This document shows positions 18,866 through 28,841 of a stretch of DNA of 64,000 bases, piece by piece (positions within the stretch are counted from its first letter, which is position 1; each line of letters begins with the position of its first letter). The DNA comes from an uncultured Patescibacteria group bacterium (GTDB lineage: Bacteria > Patescibacteriota > Patescibacteriia > UBA2591 > CALHIP01): NCBI GenBank assembly GCA_938030745.1, contig CALHIP010000008.1, positions 2,297 to 66,296 of the forward strand, in the 5' to 3' direction. The notes beneath the pieces were generated by a model. It ran no database searches. It saw only the letters and a list, made by a program, of their open reading frames with translations, and had not been told where the DNA came from. Position numbers and translations under genes: made by a program.

Positions 18866-19423
18866 ATGCTGTTAAGAAAAAGATTTGATCAGAAAATAGT
18901 TGAAATCATCAAAAATAAAGGAGTTGGAGTTTTACCTACTGACACAATTTATGGTTTAGTTGGCAGCGCCCTCTCTAAAAAAGTAGTTAAAAGAATTTAT
19001 CAATTACGAAAGAGAAGACTTTCTAAACCTATGATTATTTTGATTGGTTCAGAAGATGATTTAAAAATATTTCGAATTAAAATTAATAAAAAAATAAAAG
19101 AAATATTAAAAAATTTTTGGCCTGGAAAAGTAAGTATCATTTTACCTTGTCCTCATAAAAAATTCTTTTATCTTCATCGCGGAACAAAGACATTAGCTTT
19201 CCGTTTACCAAAAAATAAAAAATTAATTAATTTTTTAAAAAAGACAGGACCATTAGTTGCTCCTTCAGCTAATTTAGAAGGAAAAAAACCAGCTGAAACA
19301 ATTAAAGAAGCAAAAAAATATTTTGGCGAAAAAATTGATTTTTATCTTGATGGAGGAAGAATAAAATCTTTACCCTCAACTTTAATTGCTATAAAAAATG
19401 ATCAAATTATAATTAAAAGATGA
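18866..19423 (+). CDS. tsaC: L-threonylcarbamoyladenylate synthase (YrdC/TsaC family)
   Basis: GVGVLPTDTIYGLVGSA, KPMIILIGS, GPLVAPSANLEGK; start moved to the internal ATG at 18866 to avoid overlapping the convergent gene. Confidence 0.7.
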   Translation: MLLRKRFDQKIVEIIKNKGVGVLPTDTIYGLVGSALSKKVVKRIYQLRKRRLSKPMIILIGSEDDLKIFRIKINKKIKEILKNFWPGKVSIILPCPHKKFFYLHRGTKTLAFRLPKNKKLINFLKKTGPLVAPSANLEGKKPAETIKEAKKYFGEKIDFYLDGGRIKSLPSTLIAIKNDQIIIKR

Positions 19424-19908
19424 TAAAAACCCTTATTATTTATTTTTCGATTCATCATCAGAATACAGAAAAAATAGCTAAAGTGATAGCTGAAGTTCTA
19501 AATGCAGATTTAAAAAGAGTTGATCAGACAAAACCAAAAGAAATTGATAATTATGATTTAATTGGTTTTGGTTCAGGAATTTATTTTGGTAATTATCATA
19601 GGGCTCTGATTGATTTTGTTAAAAATTTGCCAGAAGTAAAAAATAAAAATTGTTTTATTTTCTCAACAAGCGGTAGACCGGAATCTATTTTTTTTAATTT
19701 ATTTACAAAAAATTTCAAAAAAATTTTAGAAAAGAAAGGTTTTAAAATTATTGGTCAATTCAATTGTCCTGGTTTTGATACTTATGGTTTATTAAAATTT
19801 ATTGGCGGAATTAATAAAGGTCGGCCAAATGAAAAAGATATGGAACTAGCCAAAAAATTTGCTTATAATTTAAAAGAACAAATCATAATTGACAAAAGAA
19901 AAATTTAA
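19420..19908 (+). CDS. flavodoxin-like fold protein
   Basis: MIKTLIIYFSIHHQNTEKIAKVIAE N-terminus and DLIGFGSGIYFG, typical of flavodoxin-like proteins. Confidence 0.45.
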   Translation: MIKTLIIYFSIHHQNTEKIAKVIAEVLNADLKRVDQTKPKEIDNYDLIGFGSGIYFGNYHRALIDFVKNLPEVKNKNCFIFSTSGRPESIFFNLFTKNFKKILEKKGFKIIGQFNCPGFDTYGLLKFIGGINKGRPNEKDMELAKKFAYNLKEQIIIDKRKI

Positions 19909-19975
19909 AGATATGATTAAGTTATTATTTAGCTTTAAAGGTCGAAATTAAAATTTAATTTATTAACTTTAAATT

Positions 19976-21124
19976 ATGAAAACAAGAAAGATTTTCTTTT
20001 TCCTTCTTATTAGTCTGCTTTTTTTCAGTTTTTTGTTAATGACTGTTAAGGCCGGAGTCGGAAATTCAGGGAGTCGGAAAATTGTTGTTTTCAAGAAAGG
20101 AATTTTAAACGAAGAGGCTCAAGACGAATTGATTTTACGAACTGGCGGAGTTAAATTAAAAAATCTTGATTTAATTGGTGCTAAAGTAGTCTGGTTACCT
20201 TCAAAAGCTGCTGAGCAAGCATTATTGACTCATCCTGGCATTTTACGGATCGACGATGATGTTGAAGTTTTTGCTCTAGAACAAGTCTTACCCTGGGGAA
20301 TTTCTCGTATTCGAGCTAATCAAGCTTGGACCTATACAACTGGCAATGGCATTAAAGTTGGTATCATTGATACTGGAATTCAACTTGATCATCCTGATTT
20401 AGCTAGCAACATCAAAGGTGGTTACAATGCTATTAATCCGAAAAAAACAGCTAATGATGATAATGGTCATGGTACACATGTTGCAGGTATAGTTGCTGCT
20501 ATCAATAATAGTATTGGTGTGGTTGGCGCATCTCATCAAGCCTGGCTTTATGCTATTAAAGTTTTAAATGCTAATGGCTCTGGTTATTTATCTGATGTCA
20601 TTGAAGGGATTGAATGGGCGATCAACAACAATCTTTCTGTTATTAATTTAAGTTTAGGTACTTCAAGTGATGTCCAATCATTTCATGATGCGATTATTGC
20701 TGCAAAAAATGCTGGCTTAGTTGTGGTAGCAGCTGCTGGTAATAATGGTGGAACAGTCCTATATCCTGCTCGCTATCCAGAAGCAATTGCTGTTTCTGCT
20801 ATTGATCAAAACAATGTCATTGCTTCTTGGTCTAACCGTGGTCCAGAAATTGATTTAGCTGCTCCAGGAGTGAATATTTATTCAACTTACCGTCGCTCAC
20901 GTTATACAACAATGTCTGGAACATCTATGGCTGCACCTCATGTCACCGGTGCTGTTGCTTTACTTTTAAAGCGGACAGAAAAATGCGATACTAACAATGA
21001 TGGCAAATGCAGTCCTGATGAAGTCCAAACAAGATTACAGAATACAGCTATTGATCTTGGTGAATCTGGCTTTGATCCCCTTTACGGTTGGGGATTAGTT
21101 GATGCCTTATCTGCTGTCCAATAA
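19976..21124 (+). CDS. secreted subtilisin-like serine protease (S8)
   Basis: Signal peptide; catalytic triad motifs GIIDTGI (Asp), HGTHVAG (His), GTSMAAPHVTG (Ser); N-terminal propeptide-like region. Confidence 0.8.
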   Translation: MKTRKIFFFLLISLLFFSFLLMTVKAGVGNSGSRKIVVFKKGILNEEAQDELILRTGGVKLKNLDLIGAKVVWLPSKAAEQALLTHPGILRIDDDVEVFALEQVLPWGISRIRANQAWTYTTGNGIKVGIIDTGIQLDHPDLASNIKGGYNAINPKKTANDDNGHGTHVAGIVAAINNSIGVVGASHQAWLYAIKVLNANGSGYLSDVIEGIEWAINNNLSVINLSLGTSSDVQSFHDAIIAAKNAGLVVVAAAGNNGGTVLYPARYPEAIAVSAIDQNNVIASWSNRGPEIDLAAPGVNIYSTYRRSRYTTMSGTSMAAPHVTGAVALLLKRTEKCDTNNDGKCSPDEVQTRLQNTAIDLGESGFDPLYGWGLVDALSAVQ

Positions 21125-21159
21125 GAAGAATTGATTAAACTAGTCCATATCTAGTCCAA

Positions 21160-21705
21160 ATGGATAGATTTATTTATTCTTTTATTAAAATTATTCCTTG
21201 TTGGATCAAACCAAATCATCTTTCTATTTTCCGAATTATTCTAGTTGGACCAATTAATGTTTTACTTTTAATCGGCCGAAATTTAATTGCAGTTATTCTT
21301 TTTGTTTTCGCTGCTTTACTTGATACTTTTGATGGTGTTTTAGCTAGGATTCGTTTTCAAAAAACAAAAGAAGGTGAGTGGCTTGATCCTTTTGCTGATA
21401 AATTATTAATCATCAGTATTCTTTTAATTTATGGCTGGAATCGTCTACCTATTTGGATAATTCTTATTATTCTTATATTAGAGTGTTTACTTGTTTTAGG
21501 TCGACCAATCAAAATAAAATTTAAGAAATCAACTGGAGCTAATATTTTTGGAAAGTTAAAAATGACTACTCAAAGTTTAGCTGTTGTTGGCCTTATTATA
21601 AATCTTGATTTTTTAAGGCGAGGAGTTATTTTTCTTTTCTTAATATCAATCTTTTTTGCTTTTTTAAGTTTGTTAGCTCACCTTTTTGATATTTTAAAAT
21701 CTTAA
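21160..21705 (+). CDS. CDP-alcohol phosphatidyltransferase family membrane protein
   Basis: LDTFDGVLAR...DPFADKLL matches the D-G-x2-A-R...D-x3-D signature; multiple TM helices. Confidence 0.55.
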   Translation: MDRFIYSFIKIIPCWIKPNHLSIFRIILVGPINVLLLIGRNLIAVILFVFAALLDTFDGVLARIRFQKTKEGEWLDPFADKLLIISILLIYGWNRLPIWIILIILILECLLVLGRPIKIKFKKSTGANIFGKLKMTTQSLAVVGLIINLDFLRRGVIFLFLISIFFAFLSLLAHLFDILKS

Positions 21706-21709
21706 TTTT

Positions 21710-22186
21710 ATGAAAATTACTACTTTAACTAATCCCCTTCAGACAATTTTATTAACCTGCCGATATAAAGATAAAGACAATATTATGACTCTTGATTGGC
21801 ATACACCCCTTTCTTTTAATCCAATGCTTTATGCTGTCTCAATTGGTAAAACTCGTTTTTCTTTAGAATTAGTTAAAAAATCAAAAGTTTTTGTTGTTAA
21901 TTTTGTTTCAAAGGATTTAGAAAAAGAAGTTTTGTTTTGTGGCCGACATTCAGGAAGAGATTTAGATAAATTTAAAGAGACGGGGCTAGAAAAAGAAGAA
22001 GCAGAAACAATTAATTGTCCTCGGATCAAACAAGCAATTGGTTATTTAGAGTGTGAGGTAATCAAAGAAATTGAAGTTGGCGATCATGTTTTGTTTATCA
22101 GCAAAGTAAAAAAAGCAGAATTAAAAAGAAGAGAGAAAAGACTTTTCCATCTTTTTGAAGATAAATTTACTACTACAATCCAATGA
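21710..22186 (+). CDS. flavin reductase-like FMN-binding domain protein
   Basis: Resembles PF01613-type flavin reductase-like proteins (MTLDWHTPLSFNPMLYAVSIG). Confidence 0.45.
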   Translation: MKITTLTNPLQTILLTCRYKDKDNIMTLDWHTPLSFNPMLYAVSIGKTRFSLELVKKSKVFVVNFVSKDLEKEVLFCGRHSGRDLDKFKETGLEKEEAETINCPRIKQAIGYLECEVIKEIEVGDHVLFISKVKKAELKRREKRLFHLFEDKFTTTIQ

Positions 22187-22752
22187 AAATTAGATCTTTT
22201 ATCGCTATTAATTTACCAGACTCTTTAAAAAAAGAGTTGGGTTTTTTAATAGAGAAATTGAAAAAAGAGAATAAAAAAATCCCTATTAAATGGGTATCTA
22301 ATGAAGGACTTCATATCACTCTTCATTTTTTAGGCTCACAAGAAGAAAGTATTTTAGAAAAAGTAGGTGAGGCGATTGAAAGAAAAATTAGTCAGCTTCA
22401 TCTTAATAAAAATAAAATTGAATTATTTTTAACTAATTTTGGTGGATTTCCAAACTTATCTCGGCCGAGAGTTTTATTTATCAATTTAGAAAGTCAAAAT
22501 CTTCAAATTCTAGAAAAATTCCAAAAAGAATTGGGCAAAGAAATAGAAAAATTAGGAATTGAAATTGATAAAAGATCTTGGACACCACATATCACATTAG
22601 CTCGGTTTAGAATACCAACCACGCCTAATCTTAGATCTCAAATTTCAAATATTAAAAACTTATCTTTTGAAGTCAGATCGATTGACCTAATGAAAAGCGA
22701 ATTAACACCATCAGGTGCTAAATATTCAATTTTAAAATCTTTTAAATTATGA
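22183..22752 (+). CDS. thpR: RNA 2',3'-cyclic phosphodiesterase (2H family, LigT/ThpR)
   Basis: Two H-x-T-x motifs (LHITLHFLG and PHITLARF) at the correct spacing for the 2H phosphoesterase fold. Confidence 0.7.
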   Translation: MKIRSFIAINLPDSLKKELGFLIEKLKKENKKIPIKWVSNEGLHITLHFLGSQEESILEKVGEAIERKISQLHLNKNKIELFLTNFGGFPNLSRPRVLFINLESQNLQILEKFQKELGKEIEKLGIEIDKRSWTPHITLARFRIPTTPNLRSQISNIKNLSFEVRSIDLMKSELTPSGAKYSILKSFKL

Positions 22753-23657
22753 TTTCTATTATTATCACTAGCAAAAAAGAAGAAAAAACTTTACCTTTGG
22801 CATTAAAAGCAATTTTAGAAGAAGAAATCCCAGATTCAGAAATAATTGTTGTCAGTCCAGATGAAGAAACAGAAAAAATCATCAAAGAACTCTCTATACC
22901 TCTCTTTTCGGACGGCCGCGCAAAACAGACTATGTCGATTCGATATTTAAAAGATAAAGGAATAGGTAAGCCAGCTGCTTTAAATTTAGCATTCAAAGAG
23001 GCAAGAGGAGAAATCTTAGTTTTAACTGACGGCGATGTTCTTATCGAAAAAGGAGCAATAAAAAAATTATTAAAATATTTTGACGATGAAAATATCGGTG
23101 CAGTAACCGGTCGACCTGTTTCTGTCAACCCATCAAATCAAATGTTTGGTTATTGGTCGCATTTTCTAACCAAAGCTGCTGACAATCTGCGAAGAAAAAG
23201 ATCAAAAAATGGAGAATACCTTGTTTGTTCCGGTTATCTTTACGCGATTCGAAATATTATTAGAGAAATTCCTGAAGATACTTTAGTTGAAGATTCGATT
23301 ATTTCAGAAATGATTTATCAAAAAGGATATAAAATTGCTTATGAACCACAATCAAGAGTTTTTGTCAAATATCCTGACAATTTTTCTGATTGGCTAAAAC
23401 AAAAAATTAGGACAACTGGCGGATATACTCAAAAATTCAAAATTCAAAATTCAAAACTCAAAATTCAAAAAATGCGAAGCTTTTTAGGCGAAGTAAAAGA
23501 TGGCTTAAAATTATTCTTTACTTACCCAAAAAATTTGAAAGAATTTTTCTGGACAATTTTGCTTTATCTTGCTCGCTTATATCTCTGGTTTTTAATTTTT
23601 TGGCAAATTAAAATTTTAAAAAAGACATCTTGGCCAAGAATAGAAAGTACAAAATAA
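22749..23657 (+). CDS. family 2 glycosyltransferase (contains a heptanucleotide repeat tract)
   Basis: MISIIITSKKEE...DGDV.. layout of GT2 with a C-terminal membrane segment; repeat tract at 23436..23470. Confidence 0.55.
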   Translation: MISIIITSKKEEKTLPLALKAILEEEIPDSEIIVVSPDEETEKIIKELSIPLFSDGRAKQTMSIRYLKDKGIGKPAALNLAFKEARGEILVLTDGDVLIEKGAIKKLLKYFDDENIGAVTGRPVSVNPSNQMFGYWSHFLTKAADNLRRKRSKNGEYLVCSGYLYAIRNIIREIPEDTLVEDSIISEMIYQKGYKIAYEPQSRVFVKYPDNFSDWLKQKIRTTGGYTQKFKIQNSKLKIQKMRSFLGEVKDGLKLFFTYPKNLKEFFWTILLYLARLYLWFLIFWQIKILKKTSWPRIESTK

Positions 23658-23681
23658 GCTCCTGGTTTTAACCAGGAGCTT
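23656..23681. terminator. bidirectional intrinsic terminator hairpin between convergent genes
   Basis: Perfect 12-bp palindrome AAGCTCCTGGTT-TT-AACCAGGAGCTT between the GT2 stop (23657) and the pilT stop (23694). Confidence 0.65.
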
Positions 23682-23693
23682 AAACCTTTATCA

Positions 23694-24806
23694 TTAAGAA
23701 AGAAGGTTCCTCAATTCTTTTGGATCATTAGCATACAAAAGAGCTGTTTCTCGTGTAACATACCCCCTTTTCACTAATTCAGCTAAATATTCATCATATC
23801 TAATACCAACTTCTCCATGAACCGCAGAATCTAATTGATGAATCTTCCATTCTCGGATCATGTTAGCATAACCAGGAGTAACAAATACAATCTCAAAAAC
23901 AGCGACCCTGCCCTTACCATCCGCTCGTGGAACTAATCTTTGGCAAAAAATACCAATCACACTTACAGAGAACATGGTGCGAATTTGCGGTCTAACATTC
24001 TCGGGGAAAATATCTACATATCGTCCAACAGTTTGAGCTGCATTTCGGGTGTGAAGAGTAGAAAGAACAAGATGTCCTGTCTCAGCTGCGCGCAAAGCTG
24101 TCTCTGCTGTCTCTAAATCTCGAATCTCAGCAACCAAAAAATTGTTAGGAACCTCTCGCATCCCCGCTCGAATTCGATCTGCGAAATTAAAGAAATCCTT
24201 TTCAAATTCACATTGACTAATTGTTCCTGAATATTTTCTATTATCAAATTCAAATTCTATAGGATCTTCAAGGGTGATCATATGAATTGCCCGTGTCTGA
24301 AGAATGTAATCAGTGAAAGTTGCTAAAGTCGTCGTTTTACCACTTCCGGTAGGGCCAGTCACTAAAATAAGACCATTCTGACGAGATAACAGTTCTTTAA
24401 TCTTGGGAATATACTCTGGAAGAACAAAGATCTCTTCAAAAGAGAAAATTTTTTGAGGTAAGAGTCTGATGGCAATGGCAAGTGACCCCCTTTGGAGATA
24501 AACTGAAATCCGCAATCTAGTAATTGGTTCAGTAGAAAGTGTCAAACTCAGTTCATTATAACCACGATTTTTTATTTTTTCAATAAAACTTTTATAGCTT
24601 TCGTCAGTTTCTTGATAAAAAGGCCGGGATAAACTAACCAATTCTCTGACATACTTAATGATATCATCATTATTTAGAATTGGTTCGCCCTCTATTTTTT
24701 GAAAAACACCATCAATCTTTAATTGAGGCGGTTTATCCTTAATGCATAATAAATCAGAAGCCCGCTTCTTCACTCCTATTTCTAAAAGCTCAATTATTTT
24801 TCTCAT
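23694..24806 (-). CDS. pilT: type IV pilus retraction ATPase PilT
   Basis: Walker A GPTGSGKTTTLA, PilT/PilU-family layout, 370 aa; strong Shine-Dalgarno (AGGAGGTGGAA) before the ATG. Confidence 0.85.
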   Translation of the reverse strand: MRKIIELLEIGVKKRASDLLCIKDKPPQLKIDGVFQKIEGEPILNNDDIIKYVRELVSLSRPFYQETDESYKSFIEKIKNRGYNELSLTLSTEPITRLRISVYLQRGSLAIAIRLLPQKIFSFEEIFVLPEYIPKIKELLSRQNGLILVTGPTGSGKTTTLATFTDYILQTRAIHMITLEDPIEFEFDNRKYSGTISQCEFEKDFFNFADRIRAGMREVPNNFLVAEIRDLETAETALRAAETGHLVLSTLHTRNAAQTVGRYVDIFPENVRPQIRTMFSVSVIGIFCQRLVPRADGKGRVAVFEIVFVTPGYANMIREWKIHQLDSAVHGEVGIRYDEYLAELVKRGYVTRETALLYANDPKELRNLLS

Positions 24807-24903
24807 TTTCCACCTCCTTTTAAAGAACTTTCTTTATAAATATTATAAATCTTTATTTATTTTTGTCAAATTAAACTCCCCAAACTAATTAAGAGGTTAT
24901 AGG

Positions 24904-24932
24904 TTGATATTTTTTTAATTTTTAGTTAAAAT
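24904..24932 (+). promoter_or_regulatory. sigma70-type promoter of gltX (TTGATA-17-TAAAAT), 6 nt from the ATG
   Basis: TTGATAtttttttaatttttagtTAAAATaattgtATG; no Shine-Dalgarno, so the mRNA is leaderless or nearly so. Confidence 0.5.
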
Positions 24933-24938
24933 AATTGT

Positions 24939-26477
24939 ATGGTCAGAGTACGTTTTGCTCCAAGTCCAACAGGCTTTTTACACATTGGTAGCTTGCGAAC
25001 CGCTCTTTATAATTTTTTATTTGCTCGAAAAAATAAAGGTAAATTTATCTTAAGAATTGAAGATACTGACATCAAAAGACAGGTTCCTGGCGCTTTAGAA
25101 AATCTTATAATAGTTTTAAAAAAAATGGGGCTTGATTATGATGAAGGTCCTTTTTTAGTTAAACTAAAAAACAAAAAATTAGTAATTAAACAAAAGGGGA
25201 AATATGGACCTTATATCCAATCACAAAGATTGAAAATTTATCAAAAATTTGCTCAAAAATTAGTTAAAAATGGTTATGCTTATTATTGTTTTTGCACTCA
25301 AGCTGAATTGGAGAAAATGCGACAAGAACAAATAGCAAAAAAAATACCTCCGATGTATGATGAAAGATGCCGGAAATTAAGCGAAAAAGAAATCAAAAGA
25401 AAATTAGAAGAAAAGATTCCTTATGTTATCAGATTAAAAGTTCCAGAAGAGGGGAGGATTAAATTTTATGACTTAATTCGCGGTGAAATAGAATTTGATT
25501 TTAAAAACATTGATGATCAAGTTTTATTAAAATCAGATGGTTACCCAACGTATCATCTAGCTGTTGTTGTTGATGATTATTTGATGAAAATTACCCATAT
25601 TATCAGAGGAGAGGAGTGGTTACCAAGTGTGCCGAAACATTTATTAATTTATCAAGCATTAGGTTGGCAACCACCAAAATTTGCTCATCTTCCTTTAATT
25701 TTAAATCCTGATCGTTCTAAACTCTCAAAAAGAAAATCTGATGTTGCAGTTGAAAGTTATTTAAATCTAGGCTATTTACCGGAAACAATTTTAAATTTCA
25801 TTGCTTTGCTTGGTTGGAATCCTGATACTAATCAAGAAATTTTTTCTTTAGATGAATTGATAAAAGAATTTTCTTTAGAAAAAATTCAGAAATCAGGTGC
25901 AATTTTTAATCGAGAAAAATTAGATTGGATGAACGGTTTATATATTAGAAACAAATCTGTTAATGAGCTAACAAAATTATCTTTACCATTTTTAATTAAT
26001 GCTAAATTAATAGAAAAAATTAATCGAAAATTTAAAATTATCCAAACAAAAGAAATTGTTGATTTTAACTGGTTAAAGAAAATTGTAAGTTTAGAACAAG
26101 AAAGAATGAAAAAATTAGCTGATCTTGAACAATTGGCTGATTTCTTTTTTAAGGAAAAGTTGGATTATTCTGCTGAAATCTTAATCTGGAAAAAAATGAA
26201 TTTTCCCCAAGTTAAGAATAATCTTAAATTAATCAAAAAAAATTTATTAAAAATTTCTAAAAATAAATTTAAAACAAAAGAGATTTATAAGACTTTAGAA
26301 AAATTAGCTAAAGAAAAGGGGACGGGTGAAATTTTCTGGCCATTCCGAGTAGCTCTTTCTGGCAAAACTGCTTCACCACCACCAGCCGAAATTGCTGAGA
26401 TTTTAGGTAAAGAAAAAACAATTAAGAGAATAGATGAGGCGATTAAATTATTAAATTATGAAGATTCAAAAAAATAA
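24939..26477 (+). CDS. gltX: glutamyl-tRNA synthetase
   Basis: VRVRFAPSPTGFLHIGSLRTALYN (HIGH motif), KLSKR (KMSKS-type motif), 512 aa. Confidence 0.9.
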   Translation: MVRVRFAPSPTGFLHIGSLRTALYNFLFARKNKGKFILRIEDTDIKRQVPGALENLIIVLKKMGLDYDEGPFLVKLKNKKLVIKQKGKYGPYIQSQRLKIYQKFAQKLVKNGYAYYCFCTQAELEKMRQEQIAKKIPPMYDERCRKLSEKEIKRKLEEKIPYVIRLKVPEEGRIKFYDLIRGEIEFDFKNIDDQVLLKSDGYPTYHLAVVVDDYLMKITHIIRGEEWLPSVPKHLLIYQALGWQPPKFAHLPLILNPDRSKLSKRKSDVAVESYLNLGYLPETILNFIALLGWNPDTNQEIFSLDELIKEFSLEKIQKSGAIFNREKLDWMNGLYIRNKSVNELTKLSLPFLINAKLIEKINRKFKIIQTKEIVDFNWLKKIVSLEQERMKKLADLEQLADFFFKEKLDYSAEILIWKKMNFPQVKNNLKLIKKNLLKISKNKFKTKEIYKTLEKLAKEKGTGEIFWPFRVALSGKTASPPPAEIAEILGKEKTIKRIDEAIKLLNYEDSKK

Positions 26478-27687
26478 AATAAAATTTTTAAAAATTTTAT
26501 TTGTTTTTTTTCTTTTATTTTTTGTTTTAATCTTTCAAATTAGAGCTCAGGATACTGATGAGCTTAAAGAAAAAATAAGACAATACCAAGAATATATTAA
26601 AGAATTAGAAAAACAGCAAAAATTTTATGAAGAAAATATAAAAATAAAGAGAAAAGAAGCTATAACTTTAAAAAACCAAATTGCGATTTTAGAAAATCAG
26701 ATTGCTAAAACAAAAACAGAAATTAAGAAAAAAGAAGCACAGATTAATAAAACAAATTTAGAGATAGAACAAATTCAATCTCAAATTAAAGATAAAGATT
26801 TAAAACTTTCCGACCTTAAAGAAAAAATTGCTGAACTTATAAGGAAAATATACCAATATGAGAATAAAAGTTATCTTGAAATTATTCTCTTAAACGAAAA
26901 CCTTTCTGAATATTTTAATCTTTTAAAGACAACACAAGATTTACAAAATTCATTACAGAAAACTTATGATGCTATTTTATTAATTAAAGAGAATTTAGAA
27001 GATAAAGAAAAACAACTTCAAAACAAAAAATTAGAATTAGAAAATTTAAAAAAAGAATTAACTCTTCAGAAGAAAAATTTAGAAAGTGAAGAAAGAGCAA
27101 AAAAGAATCTTTTAGAAGAAACTCGTGGAGCAGAATGGAAGTTTCAAAATCTTTTAGCTGAAGCAAGATTAGAAATGAGACAAGTAGAATTAGAAATTGC
27201 TCGACTAGAAAAAGAAATTAGGAAGAGGTTAGAGAAAGAAAAAGAAAAAAGATGGCAGGAATTAGAAGAATTGGGGATAATTGTTTTTTCTTGGCCAGTG
27301 CCAAATGAGGGGATTACTGCTACTTTTCATGATCCAGATTATCCTTTTAAAAAATGGCTTGGCGAACATTCTGGTATCGATATTAGAGCTAACCAAGGAA
27401 CACCTGTAAAGGCTTCTGCTTCTGGTTATGTTGCTCGAGCTAAATATGGCGGAATGGGGTATTCCTATATTATGATTATTCATCAACAGGGATTTTCAAC
27501 TGTTTACGGACATCTTTCAAAAATTAATGTTGAGGAAGGTGTTTTTGTAAAAAGAGGTGAAATTATTGGTTTAACAGGAGGACTTCCTGGTACACCTGGA
27601 GCTGGCCGATTTTCAACCGGTCCTCATCTTCATTTTGAAATTCGAAAAGATGGTATTCCAGTAAATCCATTAAATTATTTACCATAA
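26458..27687 (+). CDS. M23 family metallopeptidase with N-terminal coiled coil (EnvC-like)
   Basis: Signal/TM segment, about 250 aa of coiled coil, then M23 motifs HSGIDIRANQGTPVKA and GPHLHFEI. Confidence 0.75.
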   Translation: MKIQKNKIKFLKILFVFFLLFFVLIFQIRAQDTDELKEKIRQYQEYIKELEKQQKFYEENIKIKRKEAITLKNQIAILENQIAKTKTEIKKKEAQINKTNLEIEQIQSQIKDKDLKLSDLKEKIAELIRKIYQYENKSYLEIILLNENLSEYFNLLKTTQDLQNSLQKTYDAILLIKENLEDKEKQLQNKKLELENLKKELTLQKKNLESEERAKKNLLEETRGAEWKFQNLLAEARLEMRQVELEIARLEKEIRKRLEKEKEKRWQELEELGIIVFSWPVPNEGITATFHDPDYPFKKWLGEHSGIDIRANQGTPVKASASGYVARAKYGGMGYSYIMIIHQQGFSTVYGHLSKINVEEGVFVKRGEIIGLTGGLPGTPGAGRFSTGPHLHFEIRKDGIPVNPLNYLP

Positions 27688-27742
27688 ATTTTACTAAACC
27701 TTCGATTAATGTGTTAATACATTAATACAGAGTAAATTTGAT

Positions 27743-28693
27743 TTATATTTTTCTACCACTATGGAATTTGCGATGGATATCACGAAGACGAGGATTAGTA
27801 ACATGAGTATAAACTTGAGTAGTAGTGATATTCTTGTGACCAAGAAATTCTTGAACAACTCTTATATCAACACCTTGAGTCAAAAGATCAGTCGCGAAAG
27901 AATGTCGGAGAACGTGAGGAGTAGTGATTATTGGAATGCCAGCTAAAAGAGCATATTTTTTAACAATATTTTCGATTGAACGAATAGAGAGTCTTCTTGA
28001 AGTATTTTTTGGACCGCGATAATTTATAAAAAGAGCCTTTTCTTCATCTTTTCTAGTCATTAAATAATTTCTTAAAGCCCTAATTGCTCTCTCAGAAAAA
28101 TAAACTGTTCTTGTTCTGCCGCCTTTTCCAGTAATAACAATCTCTAAATCTTTTGTTTCTGGTTTAATTTTTATTTGATCTCGATTAAGGTTAACTAATT
28201 CTGCTACTCTTAATCCAGTAGAAAAAAGTGTTTCTAAAATTGCTTTATCACGCAAACCAATAATTGTTTTTTCATTTGGTGTTTCTAAAAGTTTTTTTAT
28301 TTGATCTAAACTGAGAAATTTAATAGTTTTTTCCTTTTCTTCTTTAGCTAATTTTATTTTTTCTGCTGGCAAAGAAATAATTCCTCGGTCAGTAAAATAA
28401 TTTAAAAGAGCTCTTAAAGCAATTAAATAATAATTTTGTGTACTTTTTTTCAGAGGAGTTTTTTTTAATTTATTAAAAGAACGAGAGAGCCAAACTCGAT
28501 ATTTCCAAATATGCTCTTCAGTTAATTCAGCTGGTTTTATCTGAGAGATTTTATTTTCTTTAAGCCAATCAAAAAATTTTTTTAAAAATCTATTATAATT
28601 TTCTTGAGTTTTATTAGAAAGACCCTTTTCTACAGCTAAATACTCAAGAAAATCATTTAAATGATTAATAATTGGCTTATTATTTTTCCGCAT
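27743..28693 (-). CDS. tyrosine site-specific recombinase (XerC/XerD-like)
   Basis: C-terminal catalytic region HVLRHSFATDLLTQGVDIRVVQEFLGHKNITTTQVYTHV (R..H-R-H...Y); N-terminal SAM-like domain. Confidence 0.75.
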   Translation of the reverse strand: MRKNNKPIINHLNDFLEYLAVEKGLSNKTQENYNRFLKKFFDWLKENKISQIKPAELTEEHIWKYRVWLSRSFNKLKKTPLKKSTQNYYLIALRALLNYFTDRGIISLPAEKIKLAKEEKEKTIKFLSLDQIKKLLETPNEKTIIGLRDKAILETLFSTGLRVAELVNLNRDQIKIKPETKDLEIVITGKGGRTRTVYFSERAIRALRNYLMTRKDEEKALFINYRGPKNTSRRLSIRSIENIVKKYALLAGIPIITTPHVLRHSFATDLLTQGVDIRVVQEFLGHKNITTTQVYTHVTNPRLRDIHRKFHSGRKI

Positions 28694-28841
28694 AGTATTA
28701 CCTAATTTCGCTTAACCTACCTTATGCGAAGTTTAATCCTTTTTATTATAAAGAGTTAAAAATAATCTGTAAATCCTACCCCCTGTGGATAAATCGGATA
28801 AAACTCGTATCGGATAAAACTCGTTTTGTTATTCTTCATCT

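Noticed and set aside
23429-23470. Possible CRISPR array or minisatellite
   Set aside because: The units are contiguous 7-mers with no spacers, inside a CDS. It is a simple sequence repeat, not a CRISPR array. No CRISPR-like repeat-spacer array was seen anywhere in the window.
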